DNA of 63,998 nucleotides, filler included, from Acidimicrobiia bacterium (GTDB lineage Bacteria; Actinomycetota; Acidimicrobiia; Spongiisociales; SHLN01): assembly GCA_041619515.1 (NCBI GenBank). It is 8 parts of 8 records of this genome, joined end to end, with 100 filler letters (N's around TTAATTAATTAA, not from the genome) between each part and the next. Parts side by side here need not be neighbours in the genome. Positions count along the whole stretch, not along the records: positions 34,402 to 42,321 come from JBFKDW010000102.1; positions 42,422 to 50,190 come from JBFKDW010000104.1; 6 more parts are not named here. One strand, written 5' to 3'. Position numbers and translations under genes: made by a program. A model generated the notes under the pieces. That model worked only from the letters and a program-made list of their open reading frames with translations. It had not been told where the DNA came from and searched no databases. Below, piece by piece: positions 37,633-46,935 of the stretch; the first letter of the stretch is position 1; each line of letters starts with the position of its first letter.

Positions 37633-38511
37633 ATGGCTAGCCGGCCGGCGTTGCCGGCCCGCGGAATCCCGGGCGGGAGGCTGGCGGCCGAGTCCCCGGC
37701 GAAGCATGTTCGCCTGGCATTGGGCGCGGGATGGTTCCTCGGCCCCTGGGGCCGGCGGCTGAGTCGAGCAGGAAGACGCAACGATCCTGGCCGGGTGCAC
37801 CTCCTCGAACGGCGCTGGGCTGCAGGCGTTTCGAGGTTCCTCGACATTCGATGGGACGTCGCCGGCCTCGAGCATCTGACAGGCCGTCGCCGCTCCATCC
37901 TGCTTCCGCTCCATGAAGGCCTTGTCGACGTCGTGGCCCTATTCCGGCTGGGCCTCGACCTCCGATTCGTCGCGAGGGATGAGCTCCTCGACTGGACGAC
38001 GCTCGGCCGCTACTTGCGGGACACCGATCAGGTGCTCATCGACCCCGAACAGGGCCGCCGGGCCTTCCGCCAGTTGCTCGAGCGCGGGAGCCGGGTCCTG
38101 GACGCCGGGGAGGCGCTCGTGATCTTCCCGCAGGGCTCCATTCTCGGGGTGGAGGTGGCCTTCCGGCAGGGAGCCTTTCAGCTTGCCGAGCGGGTCGGGG
38201 CCTGGATTGTGCCGGTTGTGATCACGGGCAGCCATCGGGTGTGGGAATACCCCTATTCGCCGCTGGTGCGCTTCGGCCAGAGAATCAGCGTCAGGGTCCT
38301 ACCGCCGGTGCCCCCCCACGAAGCCGGTAACCGGGCTCGCGCGGTCGAGCGCGAGATGAAGCAGGTTGCCCTGGAGCCGTCCCTGGCACCGGCGCGCAGG
38401 TTCCGTCCCGAAATCGACGGTTTCTGGGACGACTATCGCTTCGAGATCGACCCGGCGTTTCCCGACCTGTCCGCCACGATCGCCTCGCATCGGGAGTCGC
38501 TCGACCGGTAG
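37633..38511 (+). CDS. lysophospholipid acyltransferase (PlsC-like)
   Basis: HEGLVD (HxxxxD), FVAR.EL, IFPQGS, VPV.I.G. Confidence 0.8.
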   Translation: MASRPALPARGIPGGRLAAESPAKHVRLALGAGWFLGPWGRRLSRAGRRNDPGRVHLLERRWAAGVSRFLDIRWDVAGLEHLTGRRRSILLPLHEGLVDVVALFRLGLDLRFVARDELLDWTTLGRYLRDTDQVLIDPEQGRRAFRQLLERGSRVLDAGEALVIFPQGSILGVEVAFRQGAFQLAERVGAWIVPVVITGSHRVWEYPYSPLVRFGQRISVRVLPPVPPHEAGNRARAVEREMKQVALEPSLAPARRFRPEIDGFWDDYRFEIDPAFPDLSATIASHRESLDR

Positions 38512-38525
38512 GGTCACCGGACTCA

Positions 38526-39350
38526 ATGAGCGCGCTCCTCGCTTTCCTGTCCGCCGTTTCTTTTGGAGGTGCCGACTTCCTGGGCGGCATCGCCACCCGC
38601 AAGTCCGGCCGGGTGTTTTCGGTCGTGGTCCTTTCGCAGCTGGTCGGGCTGACCCTCATACTGATTTCGCTGGCGGTGACCGGCGGCGATCTGATCCGGG
38701 AGGACGTCGGATGGGCGGCGGGCGGCGGCGTGTGCGGAGCGGCCGGCCTCGTATTGCTGTACCGCGGGCTCTCAATCGGCACGATGAGCGTGGTCGCGCC
38801 GCTCAGCGCCATCATGACTGCGGTGGTACCGGTGTCGTGGGGCCTGATCTCCGGGGAACGTCCTTCGATAGTTGCCCTCCTCGGTGTCCCCGTATCGCTG
38901 GTGGCCATTGCACTGGTGAGCGGAGCCCGCCCCGGGCTGCGACGGGGGCCGGGTCTGGTGGAGGGCCTCGGGGCCGGTGTCGGGTTCGGGCTGTTCTTCA
39001 TTCTGATCGCGAACTCGGAGTCCTCCGAACTGTGGACCCTCACCTTCGCCCGGGTGGCCTCGATCTCCGTCCTCCTTGGGCTCGCCCTGGCCGGAGGGGC
39101 GGTGCTTCGTCCCGGCAAGGGGCTCGTGTGGCTGATCGCCGGTGCCGGGGCGGTCGACATGCTCGCCAACCTGCTATTTCTGCTGGCCGAGCGGCGCGGG
39201 CTGCTCACGCTGGTGGCGGTGATCTCGGCCCTGTACCCGGCCAGCACGGTTGTGCTCGCCAAGGTGGTGCTGCACGAACATCTGACAAGATCACAGTGGG
39301 CCGGTCTGATATTCGCCGGCCTCGGTGTTGGGCTGATCAGTGCCGGCTAG
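38526..39350 (+). CDS. DMT/EamA family transporter
   Basis: About 10 TM helices, G.ADFLGG, G.MSVVAP, SALYP. Confidence 0.88.
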   Translation: MSALLAFLSAVSFGGADFLGGIATRKSGRVFSVVVLSQLVGLTLILISLAVTGGDLIREDVGWAAGGGVCGAAGLVLLYRGLSIGTMSVVAPLSAIMTAVVPVSWGLISGERPSIVALLGVPVSLVAIALVSGARPGLRRGPGLVEGLGAGVGFGLFFILIANSESSELWTLTFARVASISVLLGLALAGGAVLRPGKGLVWLIAGAGAVDMLANLLFLLAERRGLLTLVAVISALYPASTVVLAKVVLHEHLTRSQWAGLIFAGLGVGLISAG

Positions 39351-39377
39351 GGCCGACAACCTCTGTGGGAAGGATGG

Positions 39378-39998
39378 CTAGCTGAACAGGACCAGGTCGC
39401 CGGGCTCGGCCCCGGCCAGCCGGTATCTGCCCGGGTTGGGGCTGCGCCCACCCGTGAGCCGAACGAAGGTCTCAGCGTCGGTGGTGAGGGTGCCGGCCTG
39501 GTGCCCGCTTCCGAAAGTGAGCGCCCGTCGGTCCACCAGCGTCTCGAGCGAGAACTCTTTGCGAGCGCTGCGCTCCACCAGCAGCCCCAGCCCCAGCTCG
39601 AGACCGGGTGCGGCGTATGGGTCGGCTACGTCCAGAGCGTCGCGTATGTCCCCACAGTGAACCCACACACCCAGCCCGAGGCCATCGAGGGCACCGCCGG
39701 CGGCATCGATCCGCGCTGCGGTCGGCCCGGCGGTGGCCTGCAGCTCGTCCCGCACCTGGTCGAATGGCCAGCTGGCCCGCTCGTCGACGTCGACCTGGTT
39801 GTCCTCGGGTGTGAACTGGTGGGTGCGATCCTCGATGACACGGAGCATCGAACCGGAGCAGTGGGCGAGCACGTCGCGCACAGTCCACGGATCGCAGGCC
39901 GTGATGCGGTCACGATCGGGCGGGGACGCCGAGCTCAGCAACCGGCCGATCTCGTCGACCGAGATGAGGAGCAGCTCGGCGGCCGGTCGCATCACCAT
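39378..39998 (-). CDS. maleylpyruvate isomerase-family (MDMPI/DinB-like) protein
   Basis: TAC..WTVRDVLAH and WVH..DIR.AL motifs. Confidence 0.82.
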   Translation of the reverse strand: MVMRPAAELLLISVDEIGRLLSSASPPDRDRITACDPWTVRDVLAHCSGSMLRVIEDRTHQFTPEDNQVDVDERASWPFDQVRDELQATAGPTAARIDAAGGALDGLGLGVWVHCGDIRDALDVADPYAAPGLELGLGLLVERSARKEFSLETLVDRRALTFGSGHQAGTLTTDAETFVRLTGGRSPNPGRYRLAGAEPGDLVLFS

Positions 39999-40002
39999 GG
40001 CC

Positions 40003-41058
40003 CTACCTGCCGATCTGCGGGGGCTCGACGCGGGTCATGAGGTCCTCCCAGATGGTCACCCCGGCATAGGTCTCCATGAAGCCGTGTGGATAGATGGGGA
40101 TGCCCGGGGCGCTGACTTCGTTCAAGGCGCTCACCTCGTTGTCGTTCAACTCCCACGTAAGGGCCGCCAGGTTGTCGGTCAGCTGTTCGACCGAGCGGGC
40201 ACCGAGCAGCACCGAGCTGACGCCCGGCCGGCCCCGCACCCAGTTGAGGGCGACCTGGCTCATCGAGGCGTTCCGAGCGCCGGCCACCGCCCGCACCACC
40301 TCGAGAATCGCCCAGGTCCGGTCGGTATTCCGCAGATCGTAGGCCTCGATCCCGCGGGAGGGGTTCTCGCCCAGGCGGGTTGCACCGGTGGGCCGCTCCT
40401 CCGGCGTGTATTTGCCCGTCAGCCATCCCCCCGCCAGCGGCGACCAGGGCAGCACCCCGACCGCTTCTTCCAGGCAGAGCGGGAGCAGCTCGAGCTCGAT
40501 GTCGCGGCTGAGGAGGCTGTACTTGGGCTGCAGCGACACGATGGGCGCCCACCCCTCGTAGCGAGCGGTGAGGATCGCCCGCTGCAGCTGCCAGCCGGTG
40601 TAGTTGGAGACTCCGGCGAATCGGATCTTGCCGGCAGCCACCAGGTCATCCAGGGTTTGCAGCGTCTCCTCGAGCGGTGTGTCCGGATCCCAGGCGTGGA
40701 CCTGGTAGAGGTCGATCACATCTACGCCGAGTCGGGAGAGGCTGGCATTCACGGCCCGTTCGAGGTGCCGCCGCCCGGCCCCTCGATCGGCCGGATCGTC
40801 GCTCATCGGGAAGCGGGCCTTGGTGGCGACGATGAGGCCCGTCGTTCCGCCCCGGGCGCCCAGCCATCTCCCGATGATCTCCTCGGAGGCCCCGCGGCTG
40901 TACACGTCGGCGGTGTCGATGAAGGTCCCGCCCGCCTCCACGAAGTGATCGAGGATGGCGTGGGAGGTAGCTTCGTCGGCTTCGGCACCGAAGGTCATGG
41001 TTCCCAGGCCGAAGGCGCTCAGCTCCAGGCCCGAAGTGCCGAGGGGGCGTCGTTCCAT
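40003..41058 (-). CDS. aldo/keto reductase
   Basis: LGTMTFG, DTADVY, ATK, DLYQVH, GVSN, PWSPLAGG.LTGKY. Confidence 0.95.
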   Translation of the reverse strand: MERRPLGTSGLELSAFGLGTMTFGAEADEATSHAILDHFVEAGGTFIDTADVYSRGASEEIIGRWLGARGGTTGLIVATKARFPMSDDPADRGAGRRHLERAVNASLSRLGVDVIDLYQVHAWDPDTPLEETLQTLDDLVAAGKIRFAGVSNYTGWQLQRAILTARYEGWAPIVSLQPKYSLLSRDIELELLPLCLEEAVGVLPWSPLAGGWLTGKYTPEERPTGATRLGENPSRGIEAYDLRNTDRTWAILEVVRAVAGARNASMSQVALNWVRGRPGVSSVLLGARSVEQLTDNLAALTWELNDNEVSALNEVSAPGIPIYPHGFMETYAGVTIWEDLMTRVEPPQIGR

Positions 41059-41080
41059 CGCCTCAGCCTATCTGTGAGCC

Positions 41081-41893
41081 TCAGTCGACCGATCGGAGGC
41101 CGTCGCGCACGTCTGCGAGCAGGGCGTCGGCCTCGGTCAGCCGCTGTTCGACTGCGTCCAATTCATGCATGGTGGTGGCTGCGGCGATGGCCAGCTCGGC
41201 TTCGTCGAATCGTGCCGTGGCGTCGGCATACTTCCCGGAGAGCGCCGTGTCGGCGGCCAGCTCGACCGGGTCGCTCAACTCGAGCACCTGGTCTGCGATC
41301 CGGCGGGTGCGATCCATCAACTCCGCCCGGCGCCGATCGCGCCGCCGGGCTTGGCGGGCCTCACGAGTTCTGACCTCCCAGAGCCGTCCTCCCACCCCCA
41401 CCGCCAGCAGAATCACGACGATGCCGGCCACGACGAGACCGGCCGACACCCCGCCGGCCTCACGATCGGGATCGAGGGCTTCTGCAAAGGCGGTTGCTCC
41501 CTCGGCGGCGTCGGGGCCGCTCAGGGCGTCGGCGGAATCGGAGAGAGCCGCATCGAGGCGGTCCCCTGATATCTCGGTGCTGAACACGCCGTACGCGGCG
41601 GGGGTGAAGACCAGGACGGTAGCCGGGTCCAGGGCGGCGGCGATGGTGGAGGCAAGGGCTTCGGCGTCGTCGCCGGCGGCCAGCACCGCAATGCGCAGGT
41701 CGATGCCAAACCCGCCGGCCATATCGATCGCAGCCCGCAGCCGCGACTCGTCGACGGTCTCTGCTCCGGCTTCCACGTACACCGGGTCCTCAGCAAGCCC
41801 GGCGATGGCAGGGGCGGTCGCCTGTCCCAGCGCCGGCGTCAACGCTGCCGTCATCAGGAGGATCGCGGCAAATGTTGCAATGCGGGCGGCCAC
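41081..41893 (-). CDS. exported TPM-like domain protein with TM helix and helical tail
   Basis: Signal peptide, DPVYV motif, central TM helix, coiled-coil-like C-terminus. Confidence 0.6.
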   Translation of the reverse strand: MAARIATFAAILLMTAALTPALGQATAPAIAGLAEDPVYVEAGAETVDESRLRAAIDMAGGFGIDLRIAVLAAGDDAEALASTIAAALDPATVLVFTPAAYGVFSTEISGDRLDAALSDSADALSGPDAAEGATAFAEALDPDREAGGVSAGLVVAGIVVILLAVGVGGRLWEVRTREARQARRRDRRRAELMDRTRRIADQVLELSDPVELAADTALSGKYADATARFDEAELAIAAATTMHELDAVEQRLTEADALLADVRDGLRSVD

Positions 41894-41929
41894 ACTGGTC
41901 CTTCAATAGGGGCCCGTAGGATATCGGTC

Positions 41930-42321
41930 GTGGCGGCAGGATTCCGAAAACGGTTCGTGGAGACCCCGAATGGGCAGCGCTGGGTGGTGGAACGTCATTG
42001 GCTGGCCCGGCGCCCCCGCTACCTCGGCTACCGGTTCCGGCGTCCGCGTCGCGAACAGGCTTTCGAGCCGCCCCTGCAGCGAAAGCCGGAGATCCACCGT
42101 CCCCATCCCAATGCGGTCCAGCCGCCGGTTCCGAATCCCTACCGGGACAACGAGGAGCTGGCGCGGCGAGACCGGGGAGGATTCCCGTGGATCTTTTGGG
42201 GAGGCGGCGGGTCGAGCCGACCGCGCGGACGTTCGGTGGGTGGTGGATGGTTGGGAGGCCTCGGTGGTGGCTCCTCGGGTGGCGGCAGCCGCAGAGGCAG
42301 CAGTGGCGGTGGCAGGCGAAG
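41930..42321 (+). CDS. hypothetical protein with Gly/Ser-rich tail (3' truncated)
   Basis: TAGGAT seven nt before GTG; P.G..W.V.R.W N-terminus. Confidence 0.5.
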
Positions 42322-42421
42322 NNNNNNNNNNNNNNNNNNNNNNNNNNNNNNNNNNNNNNNNNNNNTTAATTAATTAANNNNNNNNNNNNNNNNNNNNNNN
42401 NNNNNNNNNNNNNNNNNNNNN
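42322..42421. other. artificial contig spacer
   Basis: N run with TTAATTAATTAA. Confidence 0.99.
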
Positions 42422-42526
42422 GAGCGCCAGCAATGAAGACTGTTTGTGTGGGCCCAGGTCGAGCTCTTCATGGGCGCGCAGCACTTCCAGGGGGCCCAAT
42501 ATCTTGAACGAGAGCTCTGCCTTCAT
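42422..42526 (-). CDS. N-terminus of SARP/BTAD (AfsR-like) regulator (3' truncated)
   Basis: F.ILGPLEV......LG..KQ..LLAL. Confidence 0.75.
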
Positions 42527-42649
42527 CGTGCCGTCCTCGGAAACCGAGGCCCAGAAGGCCACGTGTGACTTTCACGCTACATAACTGGCTGCAAGCCGTC
42601 GCAGGTAACGAGTCGGTGGCGGTCAAGGTGGGCGGCGGAGTTTGGGGCC

Positions 42650-43420
42650 ATGAAGGCTTCGTTCCAAGCTCCGGCACTGATCGTCACTCTGATTTCGGTC
42701 GTCGGTCTCGGTGGCGCAACACAGGACGACGGTGCGAAATTACTGACTCGCCCGGCTAATTCCTACCAGACAGAACGGCCGGCTTCGACCGGCCGTGAAG
42801 GGCAGGTTCCGCACCCGGGCGCGACTCAGGTGTTTGGAGATGCTGAGCTGATTGAATTGGGGAGGTGGGCCGTTGCCCGATTCGCGGGCGCCGGTTTGAC
42901 GTTGCCGGCGGTTCAAGTCCATTTCCACGCAGAGAACGGGGCATGCGGTGGGCATCGAGGAACCTTCAATCCAGTGTGGAGGCGCATCGATGTGTGCGAG
43001 GCCGAACCCATGGTGATCCTGCATGAGTTGGCTCACGCCTGGGCGTCCGAAGCGTTGACCGAAACGGACCGGGATCACTACGTGGCGTCGATGGGATTTG
43101 AGTCATGGAACGATCCCGCCTCCACGTGGTCAAGACGAGCCAGTGAGGGCGCGGCCAACATCATCGCATGGGGCTTGCTCGAGCATCCGCTCGCGACGTC
43201 GACTCCCGACGGGCCGATAGCTGAGAATCACGCGGCCTACCGTCTCCTGACCGGGAGGGACTCACCCCGGTTCAGCGTTGATGAGCCGGCGAGCTGCGTG
43301 CCTTCCAGTCCTCGAGCTCTTCGATTTCGGCGGCCTCCAGGAGAACCTCTTCTTCGACGCTCACCAGAGTGTCAATCGCTCCCTCGATGGCCTCGGCTAC
43401 CTCATGCTCGGCTTCGTTGA
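42650..43420 (+). CDS. secreted HExxH (zincin-like) protein
   Basis: Signal-like N-terminus, ILHELAHAW, downstream E..A; C-terminal ~45 aa look non-native. Confidence 0.6.
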   Translation: MKASFQAPALIVTLISVVGLGGATQDDGAKLLTRPANSYQTERPASTGREGQVPHPGATQVFGDAELIELGRWAVARFAGAGLTLPAVQVHFHAENGACGGHRGTFNPVWRRIDVCEAEPMVILHELAHAWASEALTETDRDHYVASMGFESWNDPASTWSRRASEGAANIIAWGLLEHPLATSTPDGPIAENHAAYRLLTGRDSPRFSVDEPASCVPSSPRALRFRRPPGEPLLRRSPECQSLPRWPRLPHARLR

Positions 43421-43466
43421 GTCGTTGTCGGTCCATTCCACTGCCTCTGTACGTCGTCGCCGGGGA

Positions 43467-43975
43467 TCATGTAGCTGCGCCCGTAAGTCCAGGGCGTTGG
43501 GTTGGGCGGCCAGCCATCTGATAGACGTCCACGCCACTTCGCTCGAACGCGATCGCCGATCCGGCCATGTAGACGCGCCAGATGCGGCACAGCTCTTCGC
43601 TCCCGACCGGATGACTGGACCGATTTGCTTCAACCTTGTCAACCCATTGACGAGGTGTCAGTGCGTAGCTGGGACGGAGGCCTTCCAGGTCTCGCACCTG
43701 GAGTCCGGCTTCCTCTGCTTTGTGCACGACCGATTCCACGGGGATGAGCTCGCCGTCCGGGAACACATAGGTGCTGGTGAACGTCGGCTTGCCTCCCCGC
43801 TTCGACGAAGGGTCCCGAGTAGTGATGCCGTGGTTGACGAGCGCACCTCGCGGGGTTAGGTGCTCGGTCAGCTTGCTGAAGTACTGGCCGAGCTCCTTGT
43901 CCCCGACGTGCTCGACAATGCCGACGGAAGCGATGGCATCGAAGACGCCGTCGATTTCCCGGTAATCTCGTACGG
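43467..43975 (-). pseudogene. cfa: 3' remnant of cyclopropane-fatty-acyl-phospholipid synthase
   Basis: DYRE....FDAIASVG..EHVG, YVFPDGEL, Y..T...W, RIWR.YMAGS..AF; the N-terminal half including SAM motif I is missing. Confidence 0.75.
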
Positions 43976-43977
43976 CC

Positions 43978-44880
43978 CTACCAGGCGAGCTCTGAGCAGC
44001 CGTGGTGGTCCTCGGGCTCAACCTGCAGTGTGGCGTGGCTGACGTTGTAGCGGGTCTGGAGGAGGTCCCGGGCCGAGTCGAGTACGGGGTGGGGATCGGC
44101 TTCGCCCGTGATCATGAGGTGCACGGTCGCCACGTCCATGTCGGACGTGAGGGTCCACACGTGGAGGTCGTGCACATTGATCACGTTTGGGATGGCGGTG
44201 AGGTCGGCCTGGAGCGCGTCGAGATCGAGTCCCGGTGGTGCAGCCTGGGTGAGGATCCTGGCGGCCTGGCCGCCGAGCACCCATACCCGGGGGAGGATGA
44301 AGGCTGCGATGAGAGCGGCGAACAGCGGGTCGGCATACGGCCAGTCGGTGAGGATGGTGATGGTCGCGGCCAGGATGACCCCGATTGAACCCGCCAGGTC
44401 CGCCAGCACTTCGAAGTACGCCCCTTTTACGTTGAGCGACTCTTTGGCTCCTTGTTGCAGCAGTCGCCACGCCACCAGATTCACACCAAGCCCGCCGATG
44501 GCAACGATCAGCATCGGCAGGGTCTGCACGTCCGTCGGTTGTTGGAAACGGCTGATCGCTTCGAAGAGCACATAGACGGCAACCCCGAGCAGCAGTACTG
44601 CGTTGGCCAGAGCGGCGAGAATCTCGAGGCGGTAGAGCCCATAGGTGTGTCCTCCGCCCCTCGATGCGCGGTCGGCGGCGATGATCGCCGCCAATGCCAT
44701 GCCCAGGCCGAGGGCATCGGTCGCCATGTGTCCCGCATCTGAGACCAGTGCCAGCGAGCCGGTCAGCAGACCGGTGATGGCCTCGACCACCATGAAGGCA
44801 AACACCAGCCCAAACGACACGGCAAGCGGCCGAAGGTGCCGCTGACCGGCTCGGGGCACATGAGTGTGCGAAGCGCTCAC
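43978..44880 (-). CDS. czcD: cation diffusion facilitator (Co/Zn/Cd efflux)
   Basis: SLAL.SDAGHM.TD, TYG..R.EILAA, V.AD..GS, VHDLHVW, HATLQ.E. Confidence 0.92.
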   Translation of the reverse strand: MSASHTHVPRAGQRHLRPLAVSFGLVFAFMVVEAITGLLTGSLALVSDAGHMATDALGLGMALAAIIAADRASRGGGHTYGLYRLEILAALANAVLLLGVAVYVLFEAISRFQQPTDVQTLPMLIVAIGGLGVNLVAWRLLQQGAKESLNVKGAYFEVLADLAGSIGVILAATITILTDWPYADPLFAALIAAFILPRVWVLGGQAARILTQAAPPGLDLDALQADLTAIPNVINVHDLHVWTLTSDMDVATVHLMITGEADPHPVLDSARDLLQTRYNVSHATLQVEPEDHHGCSELAW

Positions 44881-45284
44881 CGGTGCTCCTCGTGCCCGTG
44901 CAGGTAGTGCTCGACCGCCACATCGAGCAGGAGGCGCACGTGTGAATCAGCCACCCGATAGAAGACCTCACGGCCCTGCTTGCGAGCCTTCACCAGCCCG
45001 GCCAGGCGAAGCTGCCGGAGCTGGTGGCTCGTGGCCGACTCGGTCACCTCGACCAGGCCGGCCAGGTCGCTCACGCACCGCTCGCCTCCCTCCACCAGTG
45101 CGTAGATGATCCGCAATCGGCTGGGATCCGACAGCAGCTGGAATCGCTCGGCAAGCAATTGGGCGTGGTCGAGCGTGAGGGTCGGCTCGCCGGGGTCGGC
45201 CGCACGCGAGCGGGGGATGGCGGGATTCGCGCTGCTCACGCCGAGAACGGTATCGCCGACAACATCTGAATACAAGCTCATATG
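44877..45284 (-). CDS. ArsR/SmtB metalloregulator
   Basis: F..L.DP.RLRI, CV.DLA, SA.SHQLR.LR, DSHV...H (alpha5 metal site); start uncertain. Confidence 0.9.
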   Translation of the reverse strand, partial: HMSLYSDVVGDTVLGVSSANPAIPRSRAADPGEPTLTLDHAQLLAERFQLLSDPSRLRIIYALVEGGERCVSDLAGLVEVTESATSHQLRQLRLAGLVKARKQGREVFYRVADSHVRLLLDVAVEHYLHGHEEHR

Positions 45285-45474
45285 TTCATATTGAAACGTC
45301 GCTCCCCGCTCCATCTCCGTCTGCGAGCAACGTCTCGACCCGGGCGTGCTCCGGTCCGCCCCGCTACCGGCTCACCGGCTGCAGGACTCGTGGCACCGAC
45401 TTGTCGCGCCCACCCGTGCCGAACACGACGACCGAACCGGAGCTCATCTCCTCCCCCCGGGCTGGGCTCGCATC

Positions 45475-45780
45475 TCAGAGATCGAGGCCGACGGCCGCGA
45501 CCGGCGAATACACCGACATCTGCGGGGGGGTGGCGAGCAAGCTCATGAATGCCGGCATGACGTGTTTGAGGGAATCTGCCTCCCCGTGCGCCTGCACGGC
45601 GTCCATCGATGAGAACAGAGCAAAGAACGAGTATCGGTCGTCTTCGCCCCGGTGATACGAGTACACCTCAACGCCGTCGAGCCCTGCTGCGGTGCTCACC
45701 TGTTCGGTGAGGACGGCATCCATCTCGTCCGCCTTTCCCTCGATACAGGTGAATGTGGCCACCATCGCAACCTTGGACAT
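45475..45780 (-). CDS. ABM/putative quinol monooxygenase family protein
   Basis: Dimeric alpha-beta barrel pattern (EGK.DE, A.QAH); RBS AAGGAG. Confidence 0.75.
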   Translation of the reverse strand: MSKVAMVATFTCIEGKADEMDAVLTEQVSTAAGLDGVEVYSYHRGEDDRYSFFALFSSMDAVQAHGEADSLKHVMPAFMSLLATPPQMSVYSPVAAVGLDL

Positions 45781-45878
45781 GCCGAACTCCTTCGATCGTC
45801 GCACCCGATTGTCGCGCGAAATCGCCACGAGGAGTGGAAGCAGTGAAACGGCGGGTTGGCTGAACCGAAAGCCGGCGC

Positions 45879-46820
45879 CTAGTCGAGCTCCGACGGCACC
45901 GCGGTGACCTCCGTCAAGCGGCCGCCGCGGATGATCTCTAAGACGACGCGGGTGTCGATCCGCTCGCCGGTCATCGAGGCCTGCAGATCCCCCGGGGTGT
46001 GAATCGGCTCACCGTCGATGCCTACCACGATATCTTCGGCGTGGAGCCCGGCCGCGGCCGCCGGGCTTCCCGGCACGACTTCCACCACCTCTACTCCGTG
46101 GCTGCGTCCGAGGGTTTCGATCACGCGGGGCGGCAGCGGGCGCATACCGCCGGCGATCCCCAGAAACGCCCTGCGAATCCGGCCGTCGCTGATGAGCGCC
46201 GAGATGATTCCAAGGGTGGTGGCGTTGATCGGCACCGCCAGGCCGAGGCCCTGGCCGATCGGGGCACCGACCACGGCGGTATTGACGCCCACCACCCGAC
46301 CCTCGCTGTCGGCGAGAGCGCCCCCCGAGTTCCCCGGGTGCAGGGCGGCATCGGTCTGGATGACATTTTCCACCAGGCGGGACGTTTGGCCGTCCCGGGT
46401 GGCGAGTGAGCGTCCCAGGGCGCTCACCACCCCGGCCGTCACGGTGCCGGCAAATCCGAGCGGGCTGCCAACTGCCACGACCAGCTGGCCAACCTGGAGA
46501 GTCTCGGCGTCGCCCATTTCAACCGCCGCCAACCCGGAGGCATCGACCCTGAGCACCGCCAGGTCCGAAAGCGGATCCCGGCCCCGGACCTCGAAATCGA
46601 ACTCGCGCCCGTCGGCCTGCCCTGCCACGCCCGATCGGGCGCGCTCGACGACATGGGCCGACGTCACCGCGAGCCCGTCGGAGCTGAGAACGAAGGCCGA
46701 GCCGCTGCCGACACGTTGCCGGTTGCGATCTCGCAGCTCGACATGCAGAACCGACGGCGTTACGCGTTGGGCGACCGACGTGACGATCCGGGAGTACGCG
46801 TCCAGAGGTCCTTCGGTCAC
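45879..46820 (-). CDS. HtrA/DegP-like serine protease with PDZ domain, no signal peptide
   Basis: GSGS, TSAHVV, DLAV, QTDAA..PGNSGG, GSPA..AGL. Confidence 0.92.
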   Translation of the reverse strand: MTEGPLDAYSRIVTSVAQRVTPSVLHVELRDRNRQRVGSGSAFVLSSDGLAVTSAHVVERARSGVAGQADGREFDFEVRGRDPLSDLAVLRVDASGLAAVEMGDAETLQVGQLVVAVGSPLGFAGTVTAGVVSALGRSLATRDGQTSRLVENVIQTDAALHPGNSGGALADSEGRVVGVNTAVVGAPIGQGLGLAVPINATTLGIISALISDGRIRRAFLGIAGGMRPLPPRVIETLGRSHGVEVVEVVPGSPAAAAGLHAEDIVVGIDGEPIHTPGDLQASMTGERIDTRVVLEIIRGGRLTEVTAVPSELD

Positions 46821-46935
46821 CGCCGAAGAATACGACGCGGCCTCGCCTAATCCATACAGGGATGCCCGGCCTACATCGAGCGCTGCAACCGCTTATAGTG
46901 GTGGAGGAATCACCGGCTGGCGAGGAGGTCGTGAC

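Noticed and set aside
46018..46935. N-terminal 306 aa of the 1406-aa ORF
   Set aside because: It overlaps the HtrA gene in antisense. The real start is GTG 46936, with an RBS and signal peptide.
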